A stretch of 64,000 nucleotides of DNA from Myxococcota bacterium (GCA_044344255.1 JBIJDH010000019.1:32001-96000), one strand, 5' to 3'. Numbered from the stretch's first letter, positions 26,913 through 37,275 are shown. Notes: generated by a model from the letters alone, not told the origin. Numbers and translations: made by a program.

Positions 26913-28295
26913 ATGTTGTTCATGCTGATCTCCGCGGCCCTGGCCGCCCCCGCGGTGGACGAGCTCAGCGCCCTCACCCAGGCGGCCGGGCCCGTGGTCG
27001 GCGCCGTGAGCTGCGCCCCGCTCGACGCCGTGCTCGACGGTCTGCGGGGCAGCGCCATCTTGAAGGGGGTCCTCGCCCGCCCCGAGCTCCAAGAGGCCGG
27101 CAGCGCGCTCTTCCGCGACCTGCTCGACCCCACCCGCACCCAGGGCTTGGGCCTCGATCTGCAAGGCTCCTTCAGCGTCGTCGAGGCCGGGGGCGTCGAG
27201 ACCACCCGCGTCTCCTTCTCGGGCACGCCCGCCCAAGCCGAGGCCTTGTTGCCCGACGCCAAGGGCAGCCCCTGGACCGCCGCAGGCCCCGCCGCCTGGA
27301 CCCACACGGCCGACGAGAGCCGCTGGACAGAGGCCCACCTCGAGGCCAGCAAGCTGGTGATGGCGCGGCGCTCCAAGCGAGGCGGCGAGGCGGCCCTGCC
27401 CTTCTCTCCCGCGGTGCTCGCCAACCTCCCCCACGAGGCCGGCTGCGCCGCGTACCTCGGACAGTTCCCCAAGACACAGAAGGGCCCCGACCTCCAGGCC
27501 CTCGGGCTCTGGATCCCGATGAACAGTGCCACACCGGCGATCATCCAGCTCCGCACCGCCTCCGCGCCGCCCGCCGCGCTCCGGAGCCCGCCCCGGCCCC
27601 CCGTCGGGGGCACGAGCCGCGCGCACCCGCTGATGGTGGCCACCTTCGGCACCTCCATCACCGACCTCCTCCAGGACCCCGCCGTGATCCGCGGCCTCCA
27701 CCTCGAAGGCAAGCTCCCCGAGGCCAAGGACGACCGGCTCCGCCTCGAGGGCGGCACCACGCTGGCCCTCTTCGCCGGCGGCGGCCGGCCCCGCTTCGTG
27801 TTCGTCCAGCCGCTGAACGACGCACGGGGCCGCCCCATCCCCAGCCGAAAGCTCAAGCGGCTGGCCCGCCGGGTCCTCAGCGATTTCGACGGCGAGCTCA
27901 CGAGTGACACCACCTTCCGCTTCAAGTGGCGGAGTTCGCTCATCTTCGGCGCCTTCAGCGACGGGCGCGTCGTCGCTGGCACCGACGAGGCCGCCGTCGA
28001 GGAGGCCGCCCAGGGCATCGGCGAGCCCTGGCTCAGCGACGATCAGAGCCTCTGGGCCCAAGGCCACCCCCTCTCGGCCCAGGCGAGGCTCGAGGCCCCC
28101 TTCCTCTCCGAGGCGATCAACGTGCGCCTGGGGCTGTCGGCCCAGGACACCGTCTGGCGCACCGAGCTCCAGGTCTCGGGCCTGCCCGACCTCGACCAGC
28201 TGCCCCCCGGCCTCCTCGACGCGCTCCGGATGGGCCTCGAGAGCAGCCTCCAGAAGCAGCTCGCCCCCGCGGCGGGGCCGACCTCCCCGCAATAG
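26913..28295 (+). CDS. Hypothetical secreted protein
   Basis: 460 aa, short signal peptide MLFMLISAALAAP, GC-rich third codon positions; no family recognised. Confidence 0.7.
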   Translation: MLFMLISAALAAPAVDELSALTQAAGPVVGAVSCAPLDAVLDGLRGSAILKGVLARPELQEAGSALFRDLLDPTRTQGLGLDLQGSFSVVEAGGVETTRVSFSGTPAQAEALLPDAKGSPWTAAGPAAWTHTADESRWTEAHLEASKLVMARRSKRGGEAALPFSPAVLANLPHEAGCAAYLGQFPKTQKGPDLQALGLWIPMNSATPAIIQLRTASAPPAALRSPPRPPVGGTSRAHPLMVATFGTSITDLLQDPAVIRGLHLEGKLPEAKDDRLRLEGGTTLALFAGGGRPRFVFVQPLNDARGRPIPSRKLKRLARRVLSDFDGELTSDTTFRFKWRSSLIFGAFSDGRVVAGTDEAAVEEAAQGIGEPWLSDDQSLWAQGHPLSAQARLEAPFLSEAINVRLGLSAQDTVWRTELQVSGLPDLDQLPPGLLDALRMGLESSLQKQLAPAAGPTSPQ

Positions 28296-28387
28296 CGGCC
28301 GCGGCCACATTTTTCCCGTCCGGCCCGCTTTCGGCGGCGAAGCTCGGCGGGGCTGTGGCAAGATGGGATCGTCGCCCCCGGAGTCCT

Positions 28388-30337
28388 ATGCGTCGCCTCT
28401 CGCACCTGCTCTTGCTCTGCCCGCTCAGCGTCGCCTGCTCCGAGTACGACATCCTGGGGGAGAAGGAAGACAATCCGCCCCAACGGAATGACACGGGTGT
28501 GCCCGAAGAGGAAGACTCCGAGGTCGTGATCGTCGAGACGGCCGAGCCCTTGCCCGAGTGCCAGGGCCGCATCTTTGACGAGCACAGCGTGCCGATGATC
28601 GAGGCCTGCGCCGAGTCCTCCGAGCCCGTCGGCACCTTCACGCCGACGGTGGAGTGGGAGAAGGCCACCTGGACCGTCCAGCCCGGGAGCTCTCAGGTGA
28701 TGATGATGCCCGCGGTGGGCTCCTTCAACGACGACGACGGCGACGGTGACGCCGATGAAGACGACATCCCCGACGTCGTGGTGGTCACCTACGGGAGCTC
28801 TGACGTCATCCGGGTGGTGAGCGGAGACGGGTCGGGCACCGAGATCCTCAACATCGCCGGGACCGGCGTCCAAGGCCAGGGCGGCGTCGCCCTCGGCGAC
28901 ATCGACGGCGACGGCTGGCAAGACATCGTCATCCCCACCACCAGCCGCACGATCGCGGTCTACGACCACCTCGGCAACCGGATGTGGGTGAGCGCCAGCC
29001 TCGGCGGCGCCCTCTACGGTACGTCCGACAACCCGGCGATCGCCGACATGGACGGGGACGGAAGCCCGGAGATCATCTGCGGCGCTGCCATCCTCTCGAG
29101 CACGGGCGCCGTGCTCGGCAAGGGCACGGCGGGGATCGGCGGCGTGAACGGAGCCAACGTGGGCACCGCGTCCTTCGCCTACGACATCGACGACGACGGC
29201 GTACAAGAGGTGGTGGTCGGCAACGCCCTCTACGACATCACGGGCGCCACCATCTGGAACAACGGCCTCGTAGACGGCTACCCCGCGGTGGGCAACTTCG
29301 ACTCCGACACCATGGGCGAGATCGTGGTCACGAGCGGCGGGAAGATCCGCCTGCAAGACGACAACGGCACCAAGCTCTGTGAGACCGCGATCCCCGGCGC
29401 CGGCTCCGCCTACTACGGAGGCCCCCCCACCGTCGCCGACTTCGACGGTGACGGCGAGGCCGAGTTCGCCGCCGCCGCGGGCAGCCGCTACTCGGTCTTC
29501 GAGAAGGACTGCTCCGTCAAGTGGCAGGCCACGACGCAAGACGCGAGCAGCGGCAACACGGGCTCCTCTGTCTTCGACTTTGAGGGAGACGGCGTCGCCG
29601 AGGCCGTCTACGCCGACGAGACGAAGCTGTGGGTCTTCGCCGGGCCGGACGGCGCGGTCAAGCTCTCCGACCCCCACCACAGCAACGCCACCTGGCTCGA
29701 GTACCCGGCCATCGCCGACGTAGACGGCGACAACCAGGCCGAGATCATCGTCGCCAACACCGCCTACATGATGTCCTACTCGGGCTTCACCGTCTTCGGA
29801 GACGCCAGCAGCTCCTGGCGGCCCGGGCGAAAGATCTGGAACCAGCACGCCTACTCGATCACCAACGTCAACGATGACGGCAGCATCCCCGCCGTCGCCG
29901 ACCGCAACCTCGAGTACTACAACAACTTCCGCTCCGGCGCCCTCAACGTTGGCTCAGACCTCCCCGCACGGCCCGATCTCTACGTCACCATCGAGGACGT
30001 CTGCATTGACGAATGCGTCCTCGACCGCCTGCTCGTCTGGGTGTCGGTCACCAACCAGGGCTACACGGACATCACCGAGGACGTCCCGCTCACGCTGACG
30101 GGCACGCAGCAAGATGGCACCGCGGTCGAGCTCTACAGCACGATCATCACCGATGTCATCCCCGCCGGTCAGGCCCTGCAGGCCTACGAGATCCTGGTCG
30201 AGAGCGGCGCCTCGGCGATCGTCAGCCTGTCGGCCTCGATCGACGGCGGAAACAGCGGCGTCGGCGCGATCCTCGAGGAGTGCGACGAGCTCAACAACGA
30301 CAGCGTCTGGGCGGGAGAGGCCTGCCTCGCGCCCTGA
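28388..30337 (+). CDS. FG-GAP/VCBS repeat beta-propeller lipoprotein (paralog B)
   Basis: MRRLSHLLLLCPLSVAC lipobox; shares GTFxPxVEW, EVVVGNA, FDFEGDG, WNQHAY and ECxExNN with 22128..24143. Confidence 0.85.
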   Translation: MRRLSHLLLLCPLSVACSEYDILGEKEDNPPQRNDTGVPEEEDSEVVIVETAEPLPECQGRIFDEHSVPMIEACAESSEPVGTFTPTVEWEKATWTVQPGSSQVMMMPAVGSFNDDDGDGDADEDDIPDVVVVTYGSSDVIRVVSGDGSGTEILNIAGTGVQGQGGVALGDIDGDGWQDIVIPTTSRTIAVYDHLGNRMWVSASLGGALYGTSDNPAIADMDGDGSPEIICGAAILSSTGAVLGKGTAGIGGVNGANVGTASFAYDIDDDGVQEVVVGNALYDITGATIWNNGLVDGYPAVGNFDSDTMGEIVVTSGGKIRLQDDNGTKLCETAIPGAGSAYYGGPPTVADFDGDGEAEFAAAAGSRYSVFEKDCSVKWQATTQDASSGNTGSSVFDFEGDGVAEAVYADETKLWVFAGPDGAVKLSDPHHSNATWLEYPAIADVDGDNQAEIIVANTAYMMSYSGFTVFGDASSSWRPGRKIWNQHAYSITNVNDDGSIPAVADRNLEYYNNFRSGALNVGSDLPARPDLYVTIEDVCIDECVLDRLLVWVSVTNQGYTDITEDVPLTLTGTQQDGTAVELYSTIITDVIPAGQALQAYEILVESGASAIVSLSASIDGGNSGVGAILEECDELNNDSVWAGEACLAP

Positions 30338-30377
30338 TCCTGCGCAGATCTCTCGCGGGGGGCCGAGATGCGGTAGG

Positions 30378-31088
30378 ATGGCGGAACCTTCTTCGGAGTC
30401 CGCCTTGAAGCTCGCCTGTCTCCTCTCTTTCCTGGTCCTCGGTAGCTCGGCAGCCTTCGCCGCAGACCCCGCCGCGCCGCCCGCCGCGCCCCCGCCCGCG
30501 CCGCCCGCCGCGGGCCCGGTGGTGTACAAGCTCGACCCTGGGCAGAGCCAGATCTATGTGCAGGTCTTCAAAGACCCCTCCACCCTCGCCGCCGGGCTGT
30601 CGCACGACCACGTCATCGCCGCCAAGGGCTGGTCCGGCACCTTCACCTTCGACGCCGCCAACCCCGCGGCTTGTAAGGGTGAGCTCAGCGTCCCCGTCGC
30701 CCAGCTCGAGAACGACAAGGCCGACCTCCGCAAGAAGGTCGGCTACGACACCGAGCTCGACGACAGCGCCCGCGCCGAGGTCAAGGAGCACATGCTCGAC
30801 GACGAGCAGCTCGACGCCAAGAAGTACCCCACGATCAACCTGAAGATCTCCTCCTGTTCAGGCACCGGCTCGAACATCACCGTGAACGCTGCGCTCACCC
30901 TGCACGGGCAGTCGAAGACCCTCGCGGTGCCGATGAGCCTGTCCGCGAGCCCCGGGGAGCTCTCCGCGAAGGGCACCTTCAAGGTGAACCACACCGACTT
31001 TGGCATGGAGCCCTTCTCCGCCATGCTCGGCCAGCTCAAGAACCTGAACGAGCTCAAGTTCACGGTCCAGGTGAAGGGCAAGCCCTGA
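30378..31088 (+). CDS. YceI family protein
   Basis: Signal peptide, Pro/Ala linker, HDHVI, LDAKKYPTI, LTLHG, DFGMEPFS; alternative TTG start near 30405. Confidence 0.85.
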   Translation: MAEPSSESALKLACLLSFLVLGSSAAFAADPAAPPAAPPPAPPAAGPVVYKLDPGQSQIYVQVFKDPSTLAAGLSHDHVIAAKGWSGTFTFDAANPAACKGELSVPVAQLENDKADLRKKVGYDTELDDSARAEVKEHMLDDEQLDAKKYPTINLKISSCSGTGSNITVNAALTLHGQSKTLAVPMSLSASPGELSAKGTFKVNHTDFGMEPFSAMLGQLKNLNELKFTVQVKGKP

Positions 31089-31128
31089 TCGGCCGCAGCT
31101 CCACGCAGGCCTGTCCCTGCAGCCGCCT

Positions 31129-32568
31129 TTACTGGAAGGTGTAGCGGAGCGAGAGCAGCCCCGTGGACTGTACGCTCCGCCCCTCACAGAGGCGGTTGTC
31201 GTCTCCGGTGCTGCAGTCCACCTGATCGGCGAGGGACATGTCGCGGGTCCAGACCACCTTCTCGGTCACGGTGAAGCGGCCGTTGAGCTTGATCTCCAGG
31301 TCGACCGTGTCGCGGGTGATGGAGTCTTGATCGAGGGAGTCGGCGAGCGAGACCCCGTCCGGGAACAGCACGGGGAGGAGCTCGAGCGTGTTCATCAGGC
31401 TCCACCGCTTCGCCTCGTAGCCCGCCTTCAACCGAAGAGAGCCTCGGATGAGGGCGCTCTGGCAGGCAGTGTCGATCCCCACCGTCAATCCATCACAGTC
31501 TCCGCCCGCAGGGGTGGTGATCGCGCGGTAGTTCCAGACAGGCGCAAACGAGAGGTCGAGGCGGGCGGGGTGGAGGACGTCGAGGACATCGACCTTCAGG
31601 CCCACCGGCGCTACCACCGCGTCGAGGTCGAGGTTGGCCACCGGGTTTCGTTCAGCCTCCGCGAAGAAGAAGGGCGTGAGCCGCGGCCAGAGGTAGTTGT
31701 AGTCGAGCGAGAAGCGGCCCCGGAGCTCGCTGTTCGTGTCTTCCCCCGCCGCGCGCCCGCGGGTGTAACTGGCGCTCAACTTCACCTCGACGGGGTCACG
31801 GCCGTAGAGCGCCGGGATGGGCTCCCGGACAAAGCTGAAGCCCACGGTCCCGTCGTGGAGATCGACGTCTGAATTCGTGGACAGACCGCCATCGAGCGAG
31901 ACGGTGATGGGGACCTTCGGATCCATGCGGTCGGCGACGGTGCGCTCGGTGATGATCCCGCGGCCGTCTCGCTTCTCGACGAGCACCACGCCGCCGAAGC
32001 GGTCGTAAGTCCAGGTGGTGGTCCGGCGACCGGCGGCGTCCTCCACCGCCTGCTCCACCCGGCGGCCGGCCCCGTCGTAGCGGTTGACCTCCCGGCGCTC
32101 CAGCGCCTCGTCGCGGGTGACGAGCTGCTCGGCCAGCGCACCCTGGGCGCTGTAGGCGCGGGTCTCCAGGATGACGTGCCCATCGACCACCGCGCGCTGC
32201 TCGACGAGGCGGCCCTTGGCGTCGTACCGGAATGTGGTCTCCTCGATCAGCCGCCCTTGGGAGAGGGTCAGGCGACGCACGAGGTGCCCGGCGGGGTCCC
32301 AGGTCTCGCGGAGCTCGGCGGCCACCGGCGTCACCACCGCGGGGGCCGCCACAACCGCCACAGCCGCCACGGGAGACACCGGCGCCGCCGGAGGCGCTGA
32401 CCAAGGCCCGCTCGGGGGCGAGGGAGTGGCCGGCGGGAGCGGCGCCGGGGTCGAGGCCGGCGCAGGCGAGGCGCGGAGGCCCCAGGGATCGCCCTCGTCG
32501 GCGCGGGCCGCCGATGCGCCGAGGAGGAGCAGCACCGCCGCGCGAATCGGAGAGGGGCGGAGGGTCAT
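31129..32568 (-). CDS. Secreted protein with YD-like repeats and a C-terminal putative outer-membrane beta-barrel (DUF481-like)
   Basis: Signal peptide; WDPAGH, YDAKGR, YSAQG, YDGAGR, YDRFG repeats; amphipathic strands ending LSLRYTFQ. Confidence 0.6.
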   Translation of the reverse strand: MTLRPSPIRAAVLLLLGASAARADEGDPWGLRASPAPASTPAPLPPATPSPPSGPWSAPPAAPVSPVAAVAVVAAPAVVTPVAAELRETWDPAGHLVRRLTLSQGRLIEETTFRYDAKGRLVEQRAVVDGHVILETRAYSAQGALAEQLVTRDEALERREVNRYDGAGRRVEQAVEDAAGRRTTTWTYDRFGGVVLVEKRDGRGIITERTVADRMDPKVPITVSLDGGLSTNSDVDLHDGTVGFSFVREPIPALYGRDPVEVKLSASYTRGRAAGEDTNSELRGRFSLDYNYLWPRLTPFFFAEAERNPVANLDLDAVVAPVGLKVDVLDVLHPARLDLSFAPVWNYRAITTPAGGDCDGLTVGIDTACQSALIRGSLRLKAGYEAKRWSLMNTLELLPVLFPDGVSLADSLDQDSITRDTVDLEIKLNGRFTVTEKVVWTRDMSLADQVDCSTGDDNRLCEGRSVQSTGLLSLRYTFQ

Positions 32569-34238
32569 GGCAGGGCTCCAGCGGGGGGCATCGTCGCGGC
32601 TCGCCAGGCGGCGAGGCGTTCAGGGTCATCATTATGGGCGAAGTAGAAGCCTTCGAGGTGGGCCCAAAGCTGGGCCCGCTCCGCCGCGCTCCGGTTCGGG
32701 AGGGTGGGCAGGGTCTGGTCCATCCAGGCCGGCAGGTCCTCCACGACGGCGCCTCGACCGCGCAAGACCTCGACCAGGGGCTGATGATAGCGGACCAACG
32801 TGGCCGTCACACCCTCCCCGAAGTCCACGCGGCTGCCAGGCGGGTGGGGCATCTCCATGCGGAAGTCGAAGGCGAGGTCGATGCCCCGCTCGCGGAGGTA
32901 GGCCGGGCCCGCCTTCCGACCGTGGCCGGTGCGCGCACCGTCGGGCGTAGGGAGGCGGGCCACGAGGGCGTCGGTGAGCCCGACGTGGGGCTCGAGCGCG
33001 TAGGGGACCCGCGAATAGTAAGCGAGCATCGCCTGGGTCCCGAAGTATACCGCCTTGACCGGGGTGCCCTCCAACATCGGCGCGAGGACGCCCCCTTGCC
33101 GCCGCGCCTCCTCCACCTGCGCCGCCGGATACCAGGAGCGCTCCTCCACGATCCCGTCCACACCTCGATCATCGAGGAGCCGCCGATCAAATGGCGCGAA
33201 GGCGAGCGCGGCGAGGAGCAGGGCGCCGAGCCCGAGCCGCAGCCGGGCGCTGGACAGGAGCGCGAGGCCCTCCTCGACCGCGAGCAGGAGCGCTGGCGCC
33301 ACCGGCAGCAGGAAGCGGGCGAACATGAAGTCGCCGCCGACCCGCGCCACATAGAGCACCCAGCCGAAGGAGACGAGGCCGTAGCCGAGCACCCCCCAGC
33401 CCACACGGGGCAAGAACATCCGGCGCGTCACCAGCGGCACGGCGAAGAAGCCCAGGAGGAGGGGGGCATACATTCGAGTGAAGCCCCAGAGGTACAGCGC
33501 GCCCTGCCCCCAACGCGCGCCCTCCCCGGCCTTGGCCGTGAAGGTGTTGGGGATCACGGTCCCATAAAAATATACCTTCCAGGCCAACCATGGCGTGAGC
33601 AGCATCACCGGCGCCACCAGCACCCCGCGCAGCCCCGGCGCGCCGCCGCCCAGCCAGGCGAAGAAGACCGCGCCGCCGAGCACGAGGGCGCCGTCGGGGC
33701 GACACAGGGTGCACAGCGCCCCGAGGAGGCCCACCCGGAGCCACTCATCGAGGGCCCGCACCTCCGCCACCGCCGTGAGGGTGGCGGTCACGAGGAGGAT
33801 GAACAGGCTCGTCTCGAGGCCGCCGGTCGCGAAGATGCGCGCATGCAGCATCGCCCCGAAGCCCAGCGCGGCGAAGCCCCCGAGGCCCGCCGGCAGCCTG
33901 GCCCGCGCGGCGATGCGGTCACCGGTGCGGGCGAGGAGGGCCAGCGTCAGGGCGTAAGCGAGGAGCCCGAGCGCCACGCTCGACCGCTCCGGCCCGACCC
34001 CCAAGGCCATGCCGAGGGCGAGCAGGAGGGTCCACAAGAAGTTCGTGTAGCCCTCTACCCGCTCCCCCGAATTGAAGACCAGCCCGTCGCCCTGGACGAG
34101 GTGCTCGGCATACCGAAAGCTGATGAAGGCGTCATCGGACAGCCAGCGACAGCGGAGCGCCGCGTGGGCGACCGCCGCTGCCAACAGGGCGAGGCGCAGC
34201 AGGCGGACGAGGCCGCCGGAGATCATTCGGGACCGCAC
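32565..34238 (-). CDS. GT-C fold membrane glycosyltransferase (AftB-like)
   Basis: DDAFISFRYA...GLVFNSGERVEGYTNFLW, GLETSL, RPDG, PNTFTAK, GGDFMFARFLLP. Confidence 0.8.
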   Translation of the reverse strand: MRSRMISGGLVRLLRLALLAAAVAHAALRCRWLSDDAFISFRYAEHLVQGDGLVFNSGERVEGYTNFLWTLLLALGMALGVGPERSSVALGLLAYALTLALLARTGDRIAARARLPAGLGGFAALGFGAMLHARIFATGGLETSLFILLVTATLTAVAEVRALDEWLRVGLLGALCTLCRPDGALVLGGAVFFAWLGGGAPGLRGVLVAPVMLLTPWLAWKVYFYGTVIPNTFTAKAGEGARWGQGALYLWGFTRMYAPLLLGFFAVPLVTRRMFLPRVGWGVLGYGLVSFGWVLYVARVGGDFMFARFLLPVAPALLLAVEEGLALLSSARLRLGLGALLLAALAFAPFDRRLLDDRGVDGIVEERSWYPAAQVEEARRQGGVLAPMLEGTPVKAVYFGTQAMLAYYSRVPYALEPHVGLTDALVARLPTPDGARTGHGRKAGPAYLRERGIDLAFDFRMEMPHPPGSRVDFGEGVTATLVRYHQPLVEVLRGRGAVVEDLPAWMDQTLPTLPNRSAAERAQLWAHLEGFYFAHNDDPERLAAWRAATMPPAGALP

Positions 34239-34247
34239 GGCGACCTG

Positions 34248-34679
34248 TCAGGGCGTAGTGACCTTCTTCTTTCGGACAAAGCGGGCCTTGACCTCGGACG
34301 TGCACTGCTCACGGGCGCAGGCCATCTTGCCGACGTCGACGTCCTCGGCCTTCGCATAGCCGCGCTTCTTGAGCTCGGCGTCGATGGTCTCGTTGACGGT
34401 CTGGCGGAGGTCGCTGCGGTGCTTGATCGGCACGCTCACCGTCAGCGTCACCCGGATCGACTCCCACTCCTCCTTCGGGGGGGGCGGCGGGGTCTCCGGC
34501 GGGGGCGGCGGGGGCTCGTCGGTCGCCGGCGGCGGGGGCGGCGGGGGCTCGGAGCCGTCCTCACCCTGCCCCTCACCCATGCCGGCGCAGGCGAGCAGGG
34601 CGCCGACCATCAAGACAAGGACGAAGGGCAGGCGCAGCGAGGCGCGTCGGGCAGGGGTCAGAGAGCTCAAGGTCTTCAC
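34248..34679 (-). CDS. Small hypothetical membrane/lipoprotein with Pro-rich linker
   Basis: Hydrophobic segment ending LACAG, poly-Pro linker, small Cys-pair C-terminal domain; GTG start uncertain. Confidence 0.55.
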   Translation of the reverse strand: MKTLSSLTPARRASLRLPFVLVLMVGALLACAGMGEGQGEDGSEPPPPPPPATDEPPPPPPETPPPPPKEEWESIRVTLTVSVPIKHRSDLRQTVNETIDAELKKRGYAKAEDVDVGKMACAREQCTSEVKARFVRKKKVTTP

Positions 34680-34963
34680 CCGGGGATCAGTCGAGGGGGG
34701 GCCACGATGTGGACGAGCCGCCGTGAGCGGACCGCGCGGCCCACGAGGCGCCAGGAGCCTATCATGCCGGCCAAATCCCGACGGTAAGCCGGCGCGTCGG
34801 GCGGATGGCTGGCCCGGGCCCCCCCGCGGGATTACGTGGAGACCCCTCAGACGGAGCGACGCGGGGAAGACCGCGTCCTCAACACCCCCGTCCGCCGCCC
34901 TTTCGCGGCGGGCCCGGGCCCCACGCCGAGGCGGGGGCCCCGCCATCCGACAAGAAGGACAAG

Positions 34964-37267
34964 ATGAAGGAACAGACCCTGGAAAGCCCGAACGAAGAGA
35001 CGGTCGTGACCTCGAGCCCCGCCCCCGCGGAGGCCGCCCCCGCAGAGGTCGCACCCGCAGAGGCCGCGCCCGCAGAGGCCCCGACCGAGCCGACGGCCGA
35101 CGCCGCGGCCGAGCCGACGCCGGACGCCGAGCCCGTCGGCCGGGTGGTCCTCACCGACTACCACTCGAACCGGGCCTTCACCGAGTTCCCGCTCTCCCCC
35201 GAGGTGCTCCAAGCCATCCTCGACAAGGGCTACACCCACGCGACCGCCGTGCAGGCCGCTGCCATCGAGCCCGCCCTCGCCGGGAAGGACCTCGTCGTCC
35301 GCTCGAAGACCGGCACCGGCAAGACCGCCGCCTTCAGCATCCCCGTCGTCGAGCGGATCCCCGCGGGCGACCGCAAGACCCGCGCCATCATCCTCGCCCC
35401 CACCCGCGAGCTGGCCCGCCAGACCGGTGAGGAGTGTGAGGCGCTGTCCAAGCACAAGGACATCCGGGTCGCCGTGATCTACGGCGGCGTGGGCTTCGGC
35501 CCCCAGGAGGACGCGCTCAAGGCCGGCGCCGAGATCGTGGTCGGCACCCCCGGCCGCATCCTCGACCACCTCCGCCGCGGCAACCTCAAGCTCGGCGAGG
35601 CCACCTTCGCCGTCCTCGACGAGGCCGACGAGATGCTCTCGATGGGCTTCTACGAGGACGTCACCAAGATCCTCGACCAGACGCCCGAGAGCCGCCAGTG
35701 CCTGTTCTTCAGCGCCACCGTCGATGACCGCGTCCGCTCGCTCATCCGCCGCTACGCCAAGGACCCCGAGGACATCCGCCTCTCCACCGACACCGACAAG
35801 GTCGATGGCATCGCGCACATCCTCTACGAGACCACGCCCGACTACCACAAGGCGCGGGCGCTCCTGGCCATCATCGATCAGGAGGCCCCGAAGAGCGCGA
35901 TCATCTTCTGCAACACCCGCGAAGACACCGCCACCGTCGCCACCTTCCTCAGCCGCCAGGGCCTCGACGCCGAGCTGCTGAGCGGAGAGCTCCCGCAGAA
36001 CAAGCGCGAGCAGGTGATGGCCAACGTGAAGAAGGGGGCCACGCAGTACCTCGTGGCCACCGACGTCGCGGCCCGCGGCATCGACATCTCCGACCTCAGC
36101 CACGTCATCAACTACTCGCTCCCCGAAGACCCCGCGACCTACCTGCACCGCACCGGCCGCACCGGCCGCATCGGCAAGACAGGCATCGCGATCTCGCTCA
36201 CCGGCGGCGCGGAGATCCACACCCGCAACTCGCTCGAGCGGCAGTTCCAGATCGCCTTCCAGGTCAAGCCCCTGCCCACCGCCGACGAAGCCGGCCGCGC
36301 CGCGGTCGACCGCCAGGCTCGGGCCATCGTGGCCGCGATGGGGACGATGGCCTTCGAGGGCTACATGCCCACCGTGCGCGCCCTCAAGGAGCGCCCCGAC
36401 GGCGACATGCTGCTGGCCGCCGCGCTGCGCGCCTTCTTCCTCTGGGACCGCACCCGCAAGGCCGCCATCGACGGCTCGCCGGACAGCGTCGGCGCCCTGC
36501 AGGAGGCCCGCGACGAGAAGCGCCGCGAGCGCTCGGAGGGAGATCGCGACCGCGGCCCCCGCGACCGCGACCGCGGCCCCCGCGACGACCGCCCCCGCGA
36601 CCGTGACCGTGACCGCGGCCCCCGCGACGACCGGCCCCGTGACGACCGACCCCGCGATGACCGGCCCCGCGACGACCGGCCCCGCGACGACCGACCCCGC
36701 GATGACCGGCCCCGCGACGACCGGCCCCGCGACGACCGACCCCGCGATGACCGACCCCGCGACGACCGGCCCCGCGACGACCGACCCCGCGACCGCGACC
36801 GGCCCCGCCGCGAGCGCAGCGATCGCCCCGCCGAGGCCCGCTCCGCCGAGCCCCGCGCCCTCGAGGCCGCCCCCGTCGTCGAAGGCGAGGTCACCGCCCC
36901 CCCCGAGGCCGTGCAGGTCGAGGTCGCGGCCGTCGAGACCCCGGCGAGCGAGCGCCCCCCCGAGCGCGAGCGGCGCCCCCGCCGCGAGCGCCCGCCCCGC
37001 CGCGAGCGCGCCCCCGAGGCCGCCCCCGCCGAGGGCAGCGGGGATGAACCCACCCCCGCCGCCGCCATCGCCGAGGGTGAGCCCAGCGAAGAGACGGAGG
37101 GCGCCACCGAAGAGGGCGGCGACCCGAAGAAGCGCCGTCGGCGCCGGCGGCGGACCCCCCGCGCCGGCGAAGAGGGCAGCGGCGAGTCCTCTGGCGGCGA
37201 GTCCTCCGGCGGCGAGTCCTCCGGCGGCGAACCCTCCGGCGGTGAGCCGAGCTCGAGCGCCGAGTAG
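34964..37267 (+). CDS. DEAD-box RNA helicase with long charged C-terminal tail
   Basis: SKTGTGKT, PTRELA, TPGR, DEAD, SAT, ARGID, HRTGRTGR. Confidence 0.95.
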   Translation: MKEQTLESPNEETVVTSSPAPAEAAPAEVAPAEAAPAEAPTEPTADAAAEPTPDAEPVGRVVLTDYHSNRAFTEFPLSPEVLQAILDKGYTHATAVQAAAIEPALAGKDLVVRSKTGTGKTAAFSIPVVERIPAGDRKTRAIILAPTRELARQTGEECEALSKHKDIRVAVIYGGVGFGPQEDALKAGAEIVVGTPGRILDHLRRGNLKLGEATFAVLDEADEMLSMGFYEDVTKILDQTPESRQCLFFSATVDDRVRSLIRRYAKDPEDIRLSTDTDKVDGIAHILYETTPDYHKARALLAIIDQEAPKSAIIFCNTREDTATVATFLSRQGLDAELLSGELPQNKREQVMANVKKGATQYLVATDVAARGIDISDLSHVINYSLPEDPATYLHRTGRTGRIGKTGIAISLTGGAEIHTRNSLERQFQIAFQVKPLPTADEAGRAAVDRQARAIVAAMGTMAFEGYMPTVRALKERPDGDMLLAAALRAFFLWDRTRKAAIDGSPDSVGALQEARDEKRRERSEGDRDRGPRDRDRGPRDDRPRDRDRDRGPRDDRPRDDRPRDDRPRDDRPRDDRPRDDRPRDDRPRDDRPRDDRPRDDRPRDDRPRDRDRPRRERSDRPAEARSAEPRALEAAPVVEGEVTAPPEAVQVEVAAVETPASERPPERERRPRRERPPRRERAPEAAPAEGSGDEPTPAAAIAEGEPSEETEGATEEGGDPKKRRRRRRRTPRAGEEGSGESSGGESSGGESSGGEPSGGEPSSSAE
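36626..36790 (+). repeat. 15-bp coding repeat, 11 copies (DDRPR)
   Basis: GA(C/T)GACCG(G/A)CCCCG(C/T) units read directly; 165 bp. Confidence 0.95.
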
Positions 37268-37275
37268 CGCCTGGA

